Assembly (NCBI GenBank): GCA_026014815.1
Contig: JAOZHP010000043.1
Location: forward strand, 11,931-75,930
From: Candidatus Bathyarchaeota archaeon
GTDB taxonomy: Archaea; Thermoproteota; Bathyarchaeia; TCS64
Direction: 5' to 3'
DNA length: 64,000 nt
Every line of letters starts with the position of its first letter. The stretch's first letter is position 1. The notes beneath the pieces were generated by a model. That model did no database searches. It saw only the letters and a list, made by a program, of their open reading frames with translations, and was not told where the DNA came from. The translations under genes and the position numbers were made by a program. Positions 38,051 to 46,093 of the stretch are shown here, one piece after another.

Positions 38051-38401
38051 ATGGTGAGACACGTTACAGACACATTCAACGATATGCAAAGCGTAGGAAT
38101 AGAATACATACGGGAAATCTATCGAAACTCAGGTCTAAGCATACGACCACAAACCAAGATAAACAAAATAGAACCCCTGAAAGGCGTGATAATGGCACTA
38201 GGATTAGACCCAAACGAGGTACTAAGCCGTGAAGCAATGGTCAAACCACACCGGACAATCATTGGCCCAAGCGCAAGACAAGAACAAGATTACGTGATAT
38301 TACAAAAAACCATCAAAAAAACCCTATTAGAAGAGCTCAGAAATAGCACATATCTGAGCTGTGACAGTGGTAGCCCGGGGGAGATTCGAACTCCCGTCTG
38401 A
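38051..38401 (+). CDS. hypothetical element-end protein whose 3' end overlaps tRNA-Gln antisense
   Basis: 116 aa. The last 35 nt overlap the tRNA 3' end. A diverged copy of its C-terminal 49 aa recurs at 31050-31199, in front of another att-like core. Confidence 0.45.
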   Translation: MVRHVTDTFNDMQSVGIEYIREIYRNSGLSIRPQTKINKIEPLKGVIMALGLDPNEVLSREAMVKPHRTIIGPSARQEQDYVILQKTIKKTLLEELRNSTYLSCDSGSPGEIRTPV

Positions 38402-38442
38402 GGCTCCAAAGGCCCCCATCCTTGTCCGCTAGACGACCGGGC
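38367..38442 (-). tRNA. tRNA-Gln (anticodon UUG), CCA encoded
   Basis: Reverse complement AGCCCGGTCGTCTAGCGGACAAGGATGGGGGCCTTTGGAGCCTCAGACGGGAGTTCGAATCTCCCCCGGGCTACCA. 76 nt, folded by hand: 7-bp acceptor with archaeal-Gln A1-U72, anticodon loop CTTTGGA, T loop TTCGAAT. Confidence 0.9.
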
Positions 38443-38501
38443 TATGCGCACCCAAAAAACGCGTCACGAAGTTATAAATCTATCAAACCTAACCAACAAA
38501 C

Positions 38502-39005
38502 ATGGCAGTGATACGCGCCGCCACCCTCGATGACCTAAAGGAACTCATAAAATTCAAGCACCGCCTTCAACGCCACCTCGAAGCATCTAACCCACGCATC
38601 TGGCCCAAAGACACACAGAGCGACGAATACATCCACGAAACCATCCTTGAGATAGACGACAAAGAAATCAATATATTCATAGCCGAAGAAGAAGGAGAAC
38701 CAGTCGGCTTCATCTCAGGCAGAGTACTCGAAAAAGAAGACGAACAAACAGCAGGCCTCATCCTACAAGCATACGTCAACCCTGAGCGCAGAAACCAAGG
38801 AACAGGACACAAGCTGGTCAATGAACTCCTAGCTATGTTCCAAAGAAAAAACGTCGGGGAGGTCACGTTACGCTATGTGGTGGGCAACAGGGAGGCTGAG
38901 CAGTTCTGGCGGGGTCTCGGATTCACGTCTACCCTCACCATAGTAAACGCCGACATGCACACCATCAAGAAACGGCTCCAAGGCAAGCCTTTTAATCAAG
39001 CGTGA
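38502..39005 (+). CDS. GNAT family N-acetyltransferase
   Basis: 167 aa. VNPERRNQGTGHKLVNELL (motif A Q/RxxGxG/A). Confidence 0.8.
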   Translation: MAVIRAATLDDLKELIKFKHRLQRHLEASNPRIWPKDTQSDEYIHETILEIDDKEINIFIAEEEGEPVGFISGRVLEKEDEQTAGLILQAYVNPERRNQGTGHKLVNELLAMFQRKNVGEVTLRYVVGNREAEQFWRGLGFTSTLTIVNADMHTIKKRLQGKPFNQA

Positions 39006-39316
39006 AACAATGGCGGATACAGATGACCCTCACCAACACCCAGCGCCAAAAACTCAAGGCACACGCTCACAGCCTCAAACCCCATATACAGATAGGAAAA
39101 AACGGGGTAACAGAAGGCCAAGTAAACACCATAGCCAAAAGCCTCGACATGCATGAACTCATCAAAGTAAAGTTCAACGACTATAAATCCCAGAAACAGC
39201 AGCTCTCAGACGAGATCGCGGAGAAGACAGAGAGCCACATCATCGATATAATTGGCAACACACTTATCCTCTACAAGAGGAACCCCGATGCATCAAAGAG
39301 GCAGATAAGGGTCTAA
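39002..39316 (+). CDS. YhbY/CRM-domain RNA-binding protein
   Basis: 104 aa. LTNTQRQKLKAHAHSLKPHIQIGKNGVTEGQVNTI...ELIKVKF. Confidence 0.75.
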   Translation: MKQWRIQMTLTNTQRQKLKAHAHSLKPHIQIGKNGVTEGQVNTIAKSLDMHELIKVKFNDYKSQKQQLSDEIAEKTESHIIDIIGNTLILYKRNPDASKRQIRV

Positions 39317-39382
39317 CCCTACATTTTAAGGCATCAAACTGCTTTTATAGGATATTATCGATGGAACCCATGGTAACATGGA

Positions 39383-39850
39383 ATGAGGTTTGACAAAGTA
39401 GATGTAGCAATACTCAGAGCCCTCCAACTAGACGCAAGAACCCGGTACAGCAAGATAGCCAACACGTGCAACGTCTCAGTAGACACAATAATCAAACGCT
39501 ACAAGAAACTACAACAGAAAGGCATAGTCAAACAAACCACCCTTCTCCTTGACCCACGCATGCTTGGATACGAGGTGATAGCCAACATGGCGATAGACGT
39601 GGAGCCAACCAGCGTAGCAGAGGTCCTCGGCTTCCTCAAAGAACAGGAAGGCGTCACCTTCGCCACCCACAGCATGGGCCAATACGACATCTTCGCCATA
39701 GTCATGAGCCACACCATGAACGAGATGAACAGCCTCAAGGAACACATACAAAGCCACACCATGGTAAGAGAAGTAAACACAAGCATATGGGTAGACCAGT
39801 TCCTTCTTTGCCCCCAAAACTTCGAGCTAAACAACGAGGCCTCACAATGA
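39383..39850 (+). CDS. Lrp/AsnC family transcriptional regulator
   Basis: 155 aa. HTH DVAILRALQLDARTRYSKIANTCNVSVDTIIKRYKKLQQKGIV plus a RAM-like domain. Confidence 0.8.
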   Translation: MRFDKVDVAILRALQLDARTRYSKIANTCNVSVDTIIKRYKKLQQKGIVKQTTLLLDPRMLGYEVIANMAIDVEPTSVAEVLGFLKEQEGVTFATHSMGQYDIFAIVMSHTMNEMNSLKEHIQSHTMVREVNTSIWVDQFLLCPQNFELNNEASQ

Positions 39851-40299
39851 AACAGCTAGACCGAAAGATCATCTAGACACTCACCAAGAACGCCAGAGTA
39901 AGCTTCAGAAAGATAGCAAACGAAAACCAGAGATCCACAGACACCATCATCAACCATTACAGGCAGATGACCAAGAAAGGAATCATCAGAGGAAGCACAG
40001 TCATACTGAACAAAAACAGCATCGGGTACAACGGAGTCGCCGCGTTCCACATAGACGTCACCACAAGCTACGGAGACGACCCCAACACCATCCTTGACAC
40101 ACTCATCAAGATGCCCAACATCATCGTAGCAACCAAAACAGTGGGCGAACACGACCTACTCGTCCTCGCCGTCATCCACAACATACAGCACTACACCAAA
40201 CTCGGCCTAGAGATAGCCCAGATACCCGGAATCAAAGAGATAAACAGCAACATCTGGACAGGAAAAGAAGAGATCTGTCCCAAATACTTCATAATCTAA
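39847..40299 (+). pseudogene. second Lrp/AsnC paralog with an in-frame TAG at codon 10 (39874-39876)
   Basis: The ATG overlaps the upstream stop (ATGA). MKQLDRKII-TAG-TLTKNARVSFRKIANENQRSTDTIINHYRQMTKKGIIRG is an intact HTH in the same frame as track ORF 39967..40299. Confidence 0.7.
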
Positions 40300-40315
40300 C
40301 TCAACACTGAAAGAA

Positions 40316-40927
40316 CTAGGATTTACGGGCAGCCAACACTCTGTACCCGCCCTGCCTCTTCAGCACATGGGCATCACTGAGATACTCCTCAAGGTACCTC
40401 ATCAATGTCCGACCGCCCTTGTTGGATTGAACAACCATCTGCAAGCTACCTCCAGCCTCAAGGTGCTCCGCCGCTCCCCTCACGATTGGCTCAACCACCT
40501 TCCTCATACCTGCGCTTATAGGAGGATTCGAGACAATGACGTTGAACTTCCTCTCACCCACCGGCTCATAGATGTCCCCCGTTAGCACCTCTACATTGGT
40601 CAGCTTCATCCTCTCAACGTTCTCTCCTGCAAGCTGAGTTGCACGAGAGTTAACATCAGTCATCGTGACGAATAGACTAGGATTTTCTACGGCAGCCACG
40701 ATGCCAATCACCCCTATTCCGCAACCCATATCAAGCATCGCACCCTCCTCGGGTAGCTCCATAGCTTCCACGAGAATCCTGGTGCCGGTATCGATTCGCT
40801 TGGCACTGAAAACACCTGAAGCAGTGACGAACCTGTACTTTCTTCCTCTGAGAACACTCTCGATGAGCCCCTTCTCTAGTTTACTCGAAGGATCAGGCGA
40901 GAAGTAGTGGTTACTCACCTCTACCAC
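40316..40927 (-). CDS. class I SAM-dependent methyltransferase (RsmC/MTS-like small domain)
   Basis: 203 aa. LDMGCGIGVIG motif I and VSNPPISAG motif IV. Confidence 0.75.
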   Translation of the reverse strand: MVEVSNHYFSPDPSSKLEKGLIESVLRGRKYRFVTASGVFSAKRIDTGTRILVEAMELPEEGAMLDMGCGIGVIGIVAAVENPSLFVTMTDVNSRATQLAGENVERMKLTNVEVLTGDIYEPVGERKFNVIVSNPPISAGMRKVVEPIVRGAAEHLEAGGSLQMVVQSNKGGRTLMRYLEEYLSDAHVLKRQGGYRVLAARKS

Positions 40928-41901
40928 GACTTAGGGTAGACTTTTGTGGGCATAATAACCCTGACGATCGTAGCCGCTATGCCGTGGCTTTCCTGCTGTA
41001 TCTTACCGCTGCTCATCTCTGCCTTCATCATAGCGACAGCCTCACCCTTCTGAGTCATCACCGCGATGAGATCATTCACACCGATACCCGTCTCGTATCT
41101 AAGAATCCCAGGCACAGCCAGCTGCGCACCGTTACAGATCGCCTCCACCGCCGAGTCCCTCACCCAAATCTTGGGCAGCAACGCCAACGCAGACTCCACA
41201 GGATGAATCAGGTTCTTAAGGGGCTGCTCATCGCCTTCCTTCCTGAGATCGATAGCGTCAGCGAGATCATACATGGTGAATGCCTGAGCCTCAATGAACG
41301 GCCCGCTACGGGTTCTGCGTAGCTCCTGCATGTGAGCCCCTGAGCCGAGAATCTCACCCACATCGAAGCAAAGCTTCCTGATGTAGGTGCCGCTCTGGCA
41401 ACGCACCTTGAAGAGCCAGTTCTTGCCATCCCCTTCAAGAAAATCGATGCCATAGATGTATCGTGTCCTGAGGCGACGACTGACCGCTGAACGAAGCGGA
41501 GGCCTCTGAAAGATCTCACCAGTAAACATGTCCAATGTCTCCCTCACTCGATCCTCCGTTTCCTCGCCATGCGTCCTCATAACACAGACATACTCCTTAC
41601 CAGCGTCCAGAAGAGCTTGAACCACCTTGGTAGCGGACTGAAGAGTAACAGGTAACACACCAGTAACCTTAGGGTCAAGGGTACCACCGTGACCTACCTT
41701 GTCCAAATCTAGAAGCTTCTTGACCCACGCAGCTACCTCGTGGCTCGTAGGACCCGGCACCTTATCGATGATAATGACACCTAGCCTGATGTTCTGTGAG
41801 AGAGTTCTCTGGTCTGGGGGGCAACCATACTCAGGGTTGAGCTCCTCCTCCGCCTTGATTCTCGTCTCTCGCATTATCTCCCAAGCAGGCATCCTTGACA
41901 T
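40921..41901 (-). CDS. cbf5: H/ACA RNP pseudouridine synthase Cbf5
   Basis: 326 aa. TruB catalytic motif GHGGTLDPKVTGVLPV and a C-terminal PUA domain. Confidence 0.85.
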   Translation of the reverse strand: MSRMPAWEIMRETRIKAEEELNPEYGCPPDQRTLSQNIRLGVIIIDKVPGPTSHEVAAWVKKLLDLDKVGHGGTLDPKVTGVLPVTLQSATKVVQALLDAGKEYVCVMRTHGEETEDRVRETLDMFTGEIFQRPPLRSAVSRRLRTRYIYGIDFLEGDGKNWLFKVRCQSGTYIRKLCFDVGEILGSGAHMQELRRTRSGPFIEAQAFTMYDLADAIDLRKEGDEQPLKNLIHPVESALALLPKIWVRDSAVEAICNGAQLAVPGILRYETGIGVNDLIAVMTQKGEAVAMMKAEMSSGKIQQESHGIAATIVRVIMPTKVYPKSW

Positions 41902-41987
41902 AGTTACCCATCAATAGTGAACATGTTTTTAAAGGATAGCTATCACTCGGGGCGGCCTCGCCGCTCCCGCTCCTCCTCCATCTCTTC

Positions 41988-42200
41988 CTAGATATGCTCG
42001 GCATCCATCTTGTTGAACTCCTCGTCACCACCCGACGCCCGCAAAGCATCCTCGTTCAACTCCCAGTCCTCCCAGAGAGTCTTTCCTTCCTCGATGGTGG
42101 TCTCTAGGTCCAGTCTTATCTGCTCCAGTTGCACCGATAATTCATCGATCTGTGTGCTGATCTCTTGCTCCCAGTCGCCGCTAAGCTCCGCGGCCTTCAA
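41988..42200 (-). CDS. hypothetical acidic coiled-coil protein
   Basis: 70 aa, TTG start, Glu/Asp-rich. Weak call. Confidence 0.25.
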   Translation of the reverse strand: MKAAELSGDWEQEISTQIDELSVQLEQIRLDLETTIEEGKTLWEDWELNEDALRASGGDEEFNKMDAEHI

Positions 42201-42561
42201 GCCTGCCTCATTCGACTTGTTTCAAGCAGCCTCAACGGCGGCCTTAAGCTCCTCAAGAGCGATGAACAGCAAGTTGATTTCACGTGACACGTTTAGGGCT
42301 CTGACTCAGCGGTCAATAAACCATCCGAATCACGGAGAAATGAGTTAAACTAAACCGTATTTCTGCTCCAAGTTATGAATGGCAGCTTCCTTCTGGAAGA
42401 ACACCTCGTTGATGAACTCAGGCGTCAAGATATCAATGATGGCTTGCAGGTCGTCCCTCATAACCGGTCAGATTATGGATCACCGTTCTATATCATAAAT
42501 ACTTTCGTGAAACCCTCTCTGGGAATCATTAAAAACAGCTACAGACATTGATCAGCGTCAG

Positions 42562-43761
42562 GTGCATTTCTTGGAGGTATCAAAGGAGACAGCCAGAAGA
42601 CTAATGATAGAGAAACAAGGCATAGACCGTTTCCCCGACACCGTCTCCAAGGACAACATCTACGAGACAATAGACAGCCTCGGCTGCCTTCAGATAGACA
42701 CCATCAACGTCATCGAGCGAGCCCACTACCTCACCCTCTGGAGCAGGCTAGGCAGCTACGACAAGCTAGACCTCCACACCCTCACATATCGTGACAAGAA
42801 ACTCTTCGAGTACTGGGCACACGCCGCATGCTACGTCCCAATCAAAGACTACAGACACTACATCCACAGCATGAACATGCGACGTGACGAGACCCACGCC
42901 AGACTCACCAGACGCGGCGTAGAAGACCACAGCATAATCGACAAAGTACTCAACAGGATCAAGGACGAGGGCCCTCTAAGCAGCAAAGACTTCGATGGAC
43001 CAAAACGATCAGGAAGCTGGTGGAACTGGAAACCAGCCAAACTTGTTCTCGAGACTCTTTTCGGCGCAGGCACCCTCATGGTCAGCCACCGTGAGAACTT
43101 TCAACGATACTACGACCTCACCGAGAACGTGCTTCCCTCACAGGTGGACACATCAGAGCCCACTGATAATGAGCGTGTCAGATTCTTCACCTTGAAAACC
43201 CTAGAGTGCCTAGGCTTAACCAAGCCATCGGAGATTCGCAAATATTATCACCACAGATCCGTGAGACTGGACAGGACCACCAAAGAGCTGGAGAAACTCT
43301 TGACCCACCTCGTCTCCGAGGGAATCGTCGAGAAGATGAAGATAGAAGGAGACAAAACCAATCATTACATCCTCACGAAGGACCGTGCCAGACTCGACGC
43401 CCTTACGTCAGGAGACTTTGCTTACAATGACGCGAGACCTTTCATCTACTTCGATAACCTCATGTGGAACAGAGAACGCATTCAGCAACTCTTCGGGTTC
43501 AAGTCCAAGCTAGAGATCTACCTGCCCAAAGACCAACGCGTCTACGGGTACTACCATCTCCCAATCCTCTACGGCGATGAACTAGTCGCAAGAATAGAGC
43601 CCAAGATGGACAGACAGACCAAAACCTTCATCATCAGAGGCTACTGGACCGAACCCGGTTTCAAGGCAACAGACGACTACGAAGACAAGCTCCACAAGAA
43701 TATAGAGAAACTCGCCGAGTTCCACGGCGCAGAACAGATAGAATGGCAAGTAGAAAGATAG
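42562..43761 (+). CDS. YcaQ/AlkZ-like winged-helix (DUF1006) protein
   Basis: 399 aa. LQIDTINVIERAHYLTLWSRLGSY and LFEYWAHAAC motifs, as I recall them for the family. Confidence 0.65.
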   Translation: MHFLEVSKETARRLMIEKQGIDRFPDTVSKDNIYETIDSLGCLQIDTINVIERAHYLTLWSRLGSYDKLDLHTLTYRDKKLFEYWAHAACYVPIKDYRHYIHSMNMRRDETHARLTRRGVEDHSIIDKVLNRIKDEGPLSSKDFDGPKRSGSWWNWKPAKLVLETLFGAGTLMVSHRENFQRYYDLTENVLPSQVDTSEPTDNERVRFFTLKTLECLGLTKPSEIRKYYHHRSVRLDRTTKELEKLLTHLVSEGIVEKMKIEGDKTNHYILTKDRARLDALTSGDFAYNDARPFIYFDNLMWNRERIQQLFGFKSKLEIYLPKDQRVYGYYHLPILYGDELVARIEPKMDRQTKTFIIRGYWTEPGFKATDDYEDKLHKNIEKLAEFHGAEQIEWQVER

Positions 43762-43766
43762 TGTAG

Positions 43767-44549
43767 CTATCTCTTGGGTTTAGGCATTACTTTGGTTGTA
43801 AGCTTGGGCTCGCCCTTGATCTGACCAAGGACCTTCATGGCCATCTCAATGTTATCTTTGGCTCCTTCAAGGAAGAAGACCTTGCAGCCCTCGGCTCCGT
43901 CTATGCCGCCGCCTGCGATGGGAATTACATCCACGCCGAACAACAGTCTCATGGCTTCCTGCTCGGTGATGACTTGCCCATGAACTACCATCATGCCGCA
44001 CTTCCAGCCCATAGCAACATCGATAGACTCTGCTCCTAGCCTCGGCACAACCTCTGCGAGGTTGACAGGTACAAACTTCTCAAGTCCCGCAGCGATAATC
44101 AGTTGAGCACCGTTCCGGATGAGATGTCCCCACGCGGTTCCTATAGTGCCTCCACCTGAACCGTGGAGCAGGATGCCCGCAGCCCCGAGAAGATCAATCG
44201 CGTTGGCACCTTTAATGAACACGTCGTCGGGCCCCATCCTCGCCAAGTATGGCACGAGATCAGGCGTGCCCATCTCCTTGAGCTGCCCCTTCTCAAACAC
44301 GTAGTGATTATACCTACCATCAGCAATAGTAATGCTACATCCTTCGGCAGTCACAACGCCCGCTGTGAACATTCCCTTGTTGGGTATCTCCTTCCCCATC
44401 AGCTCCTCGGCTACATAACCAGTTGTTGTGCTCGTGGATATGATGAGTATACCATTACGGTATGCATTCTGAACAGACTCCATACATGAGATGGCCTTGG
44501 CTATGAGGCGCTTTCCCTCAGCCGGAGTCAGGGTTACCTGTGCCTTCAT
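43767..44549 (-). CDS. conserved hypothetical protein
   Basis: 260-aa ORF with Gly-rich loops (HGSGGGTIG, IAGGGIDGAEG). Family not recognised. Confidence 0.5.
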   Translation of the reverse strand: MKAQVTLTPAEGKRLIAKAISCMESVQNAYRNGILIISTSTTTGYVAEELMGKEIPNKGMFTAGVVTAEGCSITIADGRYNHYVFEKGQLKEMGTPDLVPYLARMGPDDVFIKGANAIDLLGAAGILLHGSGGGTIGTAWGHLIRNGAQLIIAAGLEKFVPVNLAEVVPRLGAESIDVAMGWKCGMMVVHGQVITEQEAMRLLFGVDVIPIAGGGIDGAEGCKVFFLEGAKDNIEMAMKVLGQIKGEPKLTTKVMPKPKR

Positions 44550-44779
44550 CTAATTCCCTCAGCTTATTATGCCCTGTTTCCGGGGCTATAGATAAAAAGG
44601 TAGCTCAAACAGGCCAAACAAACTCCCTGCACCATAATACCCTAAGACCCTCCATAATTCATGATATTACTGAGATGAAGGATCATTGATCCATATTCGA
44701 TAGACCTGCAAACCAACCCCTACCAACTCGCTCAAGTTTGCCATAAAGAATTCACGGAAAGCAGGGCTGGGCTTATGCG

Positions 44780-45583
44780 TTATATCTCGCCCTCAGCCAA
44801 CGCCTCTGCGAAGATCTCACCAAACTCGGTGAGCCTGATGACTTTCATCTTGCTGCCTTTCTCTGCGTATACCAAGCCCTTCATCTCAAGCCGGGAAACG
44901 ATGCGACTGAACCTGTTACGGAGAGTGCTGTTGGCCGCCTTATAACCGAACCACCTAATTATGTCGCTGATGCTATCGGCCTCGCTCCCGTGCTCACGGA
45001 GGAGCACCATGAGTTTCTTCTCCCGCTCCCACTCCTTCTCCTCGTGCTTGCTACTGGGCTCAAGCCTGTACCCAGGTAGCTGTAACTCAGTGGGGTCCCT
45101 GCTAGGCTGCTCACGTGCCTGCTTGAACCACTCCTGAAACTTGGAGTCCCCAGGACTGCCTTGAACATACCACGCGGGGTCCTTGCTGGGCACAGAGTAG
45201 ACCCTAGCGTTCCTGAACATAAGCGCAGTTGTGAGAGCAATCCCCATCGTTATGTTGGTTGTGCTTGTGATGTCAATGAGCGCTTCCTCACCGTCATCCC
45301 TTGCTTGGTTCAGAATCCTCCAAATGGTTCTGAAGGCGCTCCTCTGGTCCATTGGGTTGTAGGGTACCGTGATGGGGTCGAGTATCTCAAGTTTCTTCTT
45401 GAGCTCCTCGGCGTTGGTGCGGCTCATATAGGCGAAGACGTTGCTATCGTTCTCTGCGTCTGTGTCACTGTGCAGTAGGTAGAGCTTGGTGATGCCATGT
45501 ATCTTGCTCCAGTACCTGATACCGTCGAAGGCTCGGCGGTGATGTTGTCCCACGAGGCAGATGATTATTGTCATTTTCTTCAC
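44780..45583 (-). CDS. Rossmann-like (CARF-like?) domain plus wHTH putative regulator
   Basis: 267 aa. N-terminal strand TIIICLVG, IDITSTTN (resembles the CARF DxTxG strand). C-terminal wHTH RNRFSRIVSRLEMKGLVYAE. Confidence 0.4.
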   Translation of the reverse strand: MKKMTIIICLVGQHHRRAFDGIRYWSKIHGITKLYLLHSDTDAENDSNVFAYMSRTNAEELKKKLEILDPITVPYNPMDQRSAFRTIWRILNQARDDGEEALIDITSTTNITMGIALTTALMFRNARVYSVPSKDPAWYVQGSPGDSKFQEWFKQAREQPSRDPTELQLPGYRLEPSSKHEEKEWEREKKLMVLLREHGSEADSISDIIRWFGYKAANSTLRNRFSRIVSRLEMKGLVYAEKGSKMKVIRLTEFGEIFAEALAEGEI

Positions 45584-45862
45584 CGAATAATTCGATTATA
45601 GTTGTTTAATCTTACAGCAGTAGAATATATAAAATCTAATGGATCGATCACGTCTTCTCCTTATTATTGCGTATTATTGTGACAATCGCAACAATGACAG
45701 GGATATCGTAATTATTCTCCCCAACCTTCTTAGAAGTATTATGCAATGGACGAACACTAATAAATAGAACAATTCGTATACATGGTACATCTACTGGTAG
45801 TGTCTTCTATCGAGGATATACGCTAGGGGGAGTGTAAAATAACTGAGATTGCTGTATACTCT

Positions 45863-46093
45863 TTGCCCGACTGTCCAAAATGCGACATACTCAAAGAGTA
45901 CCTAAAAAAGAACAATATCGAATTCGAGGCTAAATGGTTTGATTCAGAGGCCCAGACCGAGTTTATCATGATGAATATGTTTGGTAACCCACCTATTCTT
46001 ACATCAGGCGATAAGGTGGAGCCCTCAGAAAACACATTCGAGGGAGAACAATTGAAAGAGGATTTCGTGAAGGAGGTACTAAATATTGGCTAA
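45863..46093 (+). CDS. glutaredoxin/NrdH-like redoxin (start codon uncertain)
   Basis: CPKC active site, overlaps nrdD by 8 nt. The beta-1 strand EIAVYS lies upstream of the track's TTG start. No ATG/GTG/TTG lies between that strand and an in-frame TAG at 45824. Confidence 0.6.
   Translation: MPDCPKCDILKEYLKKNNIEFEAKWFDSEAQTEFIMMNMFGNPPILTSGDKVEPSENTFEGEQLKEDFVKEVLNIG

Larger units (their letters stand above)
22634..38366. mobile_element. composite array of integrated-element remnants downstream of tRNA-Gln
   Basis: Seven same-orientation partial tRNA-Gln copies. Cargo includes toxin-antitoxin, Rep and defence-like genes. The AT-rich core is at 27.9-38.0 kb. Confidence 0.7.

Noticed and set aside
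38051-38401. An Int(N)/Int(C) fragment of an SSV-type split integrase.
   Set aside because: It is only 116 aa, has no R...HxxR...Y catalytic pattern, and no matching partner fragment begins at any left-hand att copy. It is kept as an unknown element-end protein.
37679-38401. ORFs 37679..38032 and 38051..38401 share a frame and might form one gene interrupted by a stop.
   Set aside because: The separator is TGA, not TAG. The two parts differ sharply, one hydrophobic and AT-rich, the other soluble and GC-richer. The shared frame is coincidental.
42201-42345. An in-frame TGA upstream of ORF 41988..42200, suggesting selenocysteine or a longer gene.
   Set aside because: The upstream open frame has no start codon before another TGA. 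The region has no recognisable domain, and I could identify no SECIS-like evidence.
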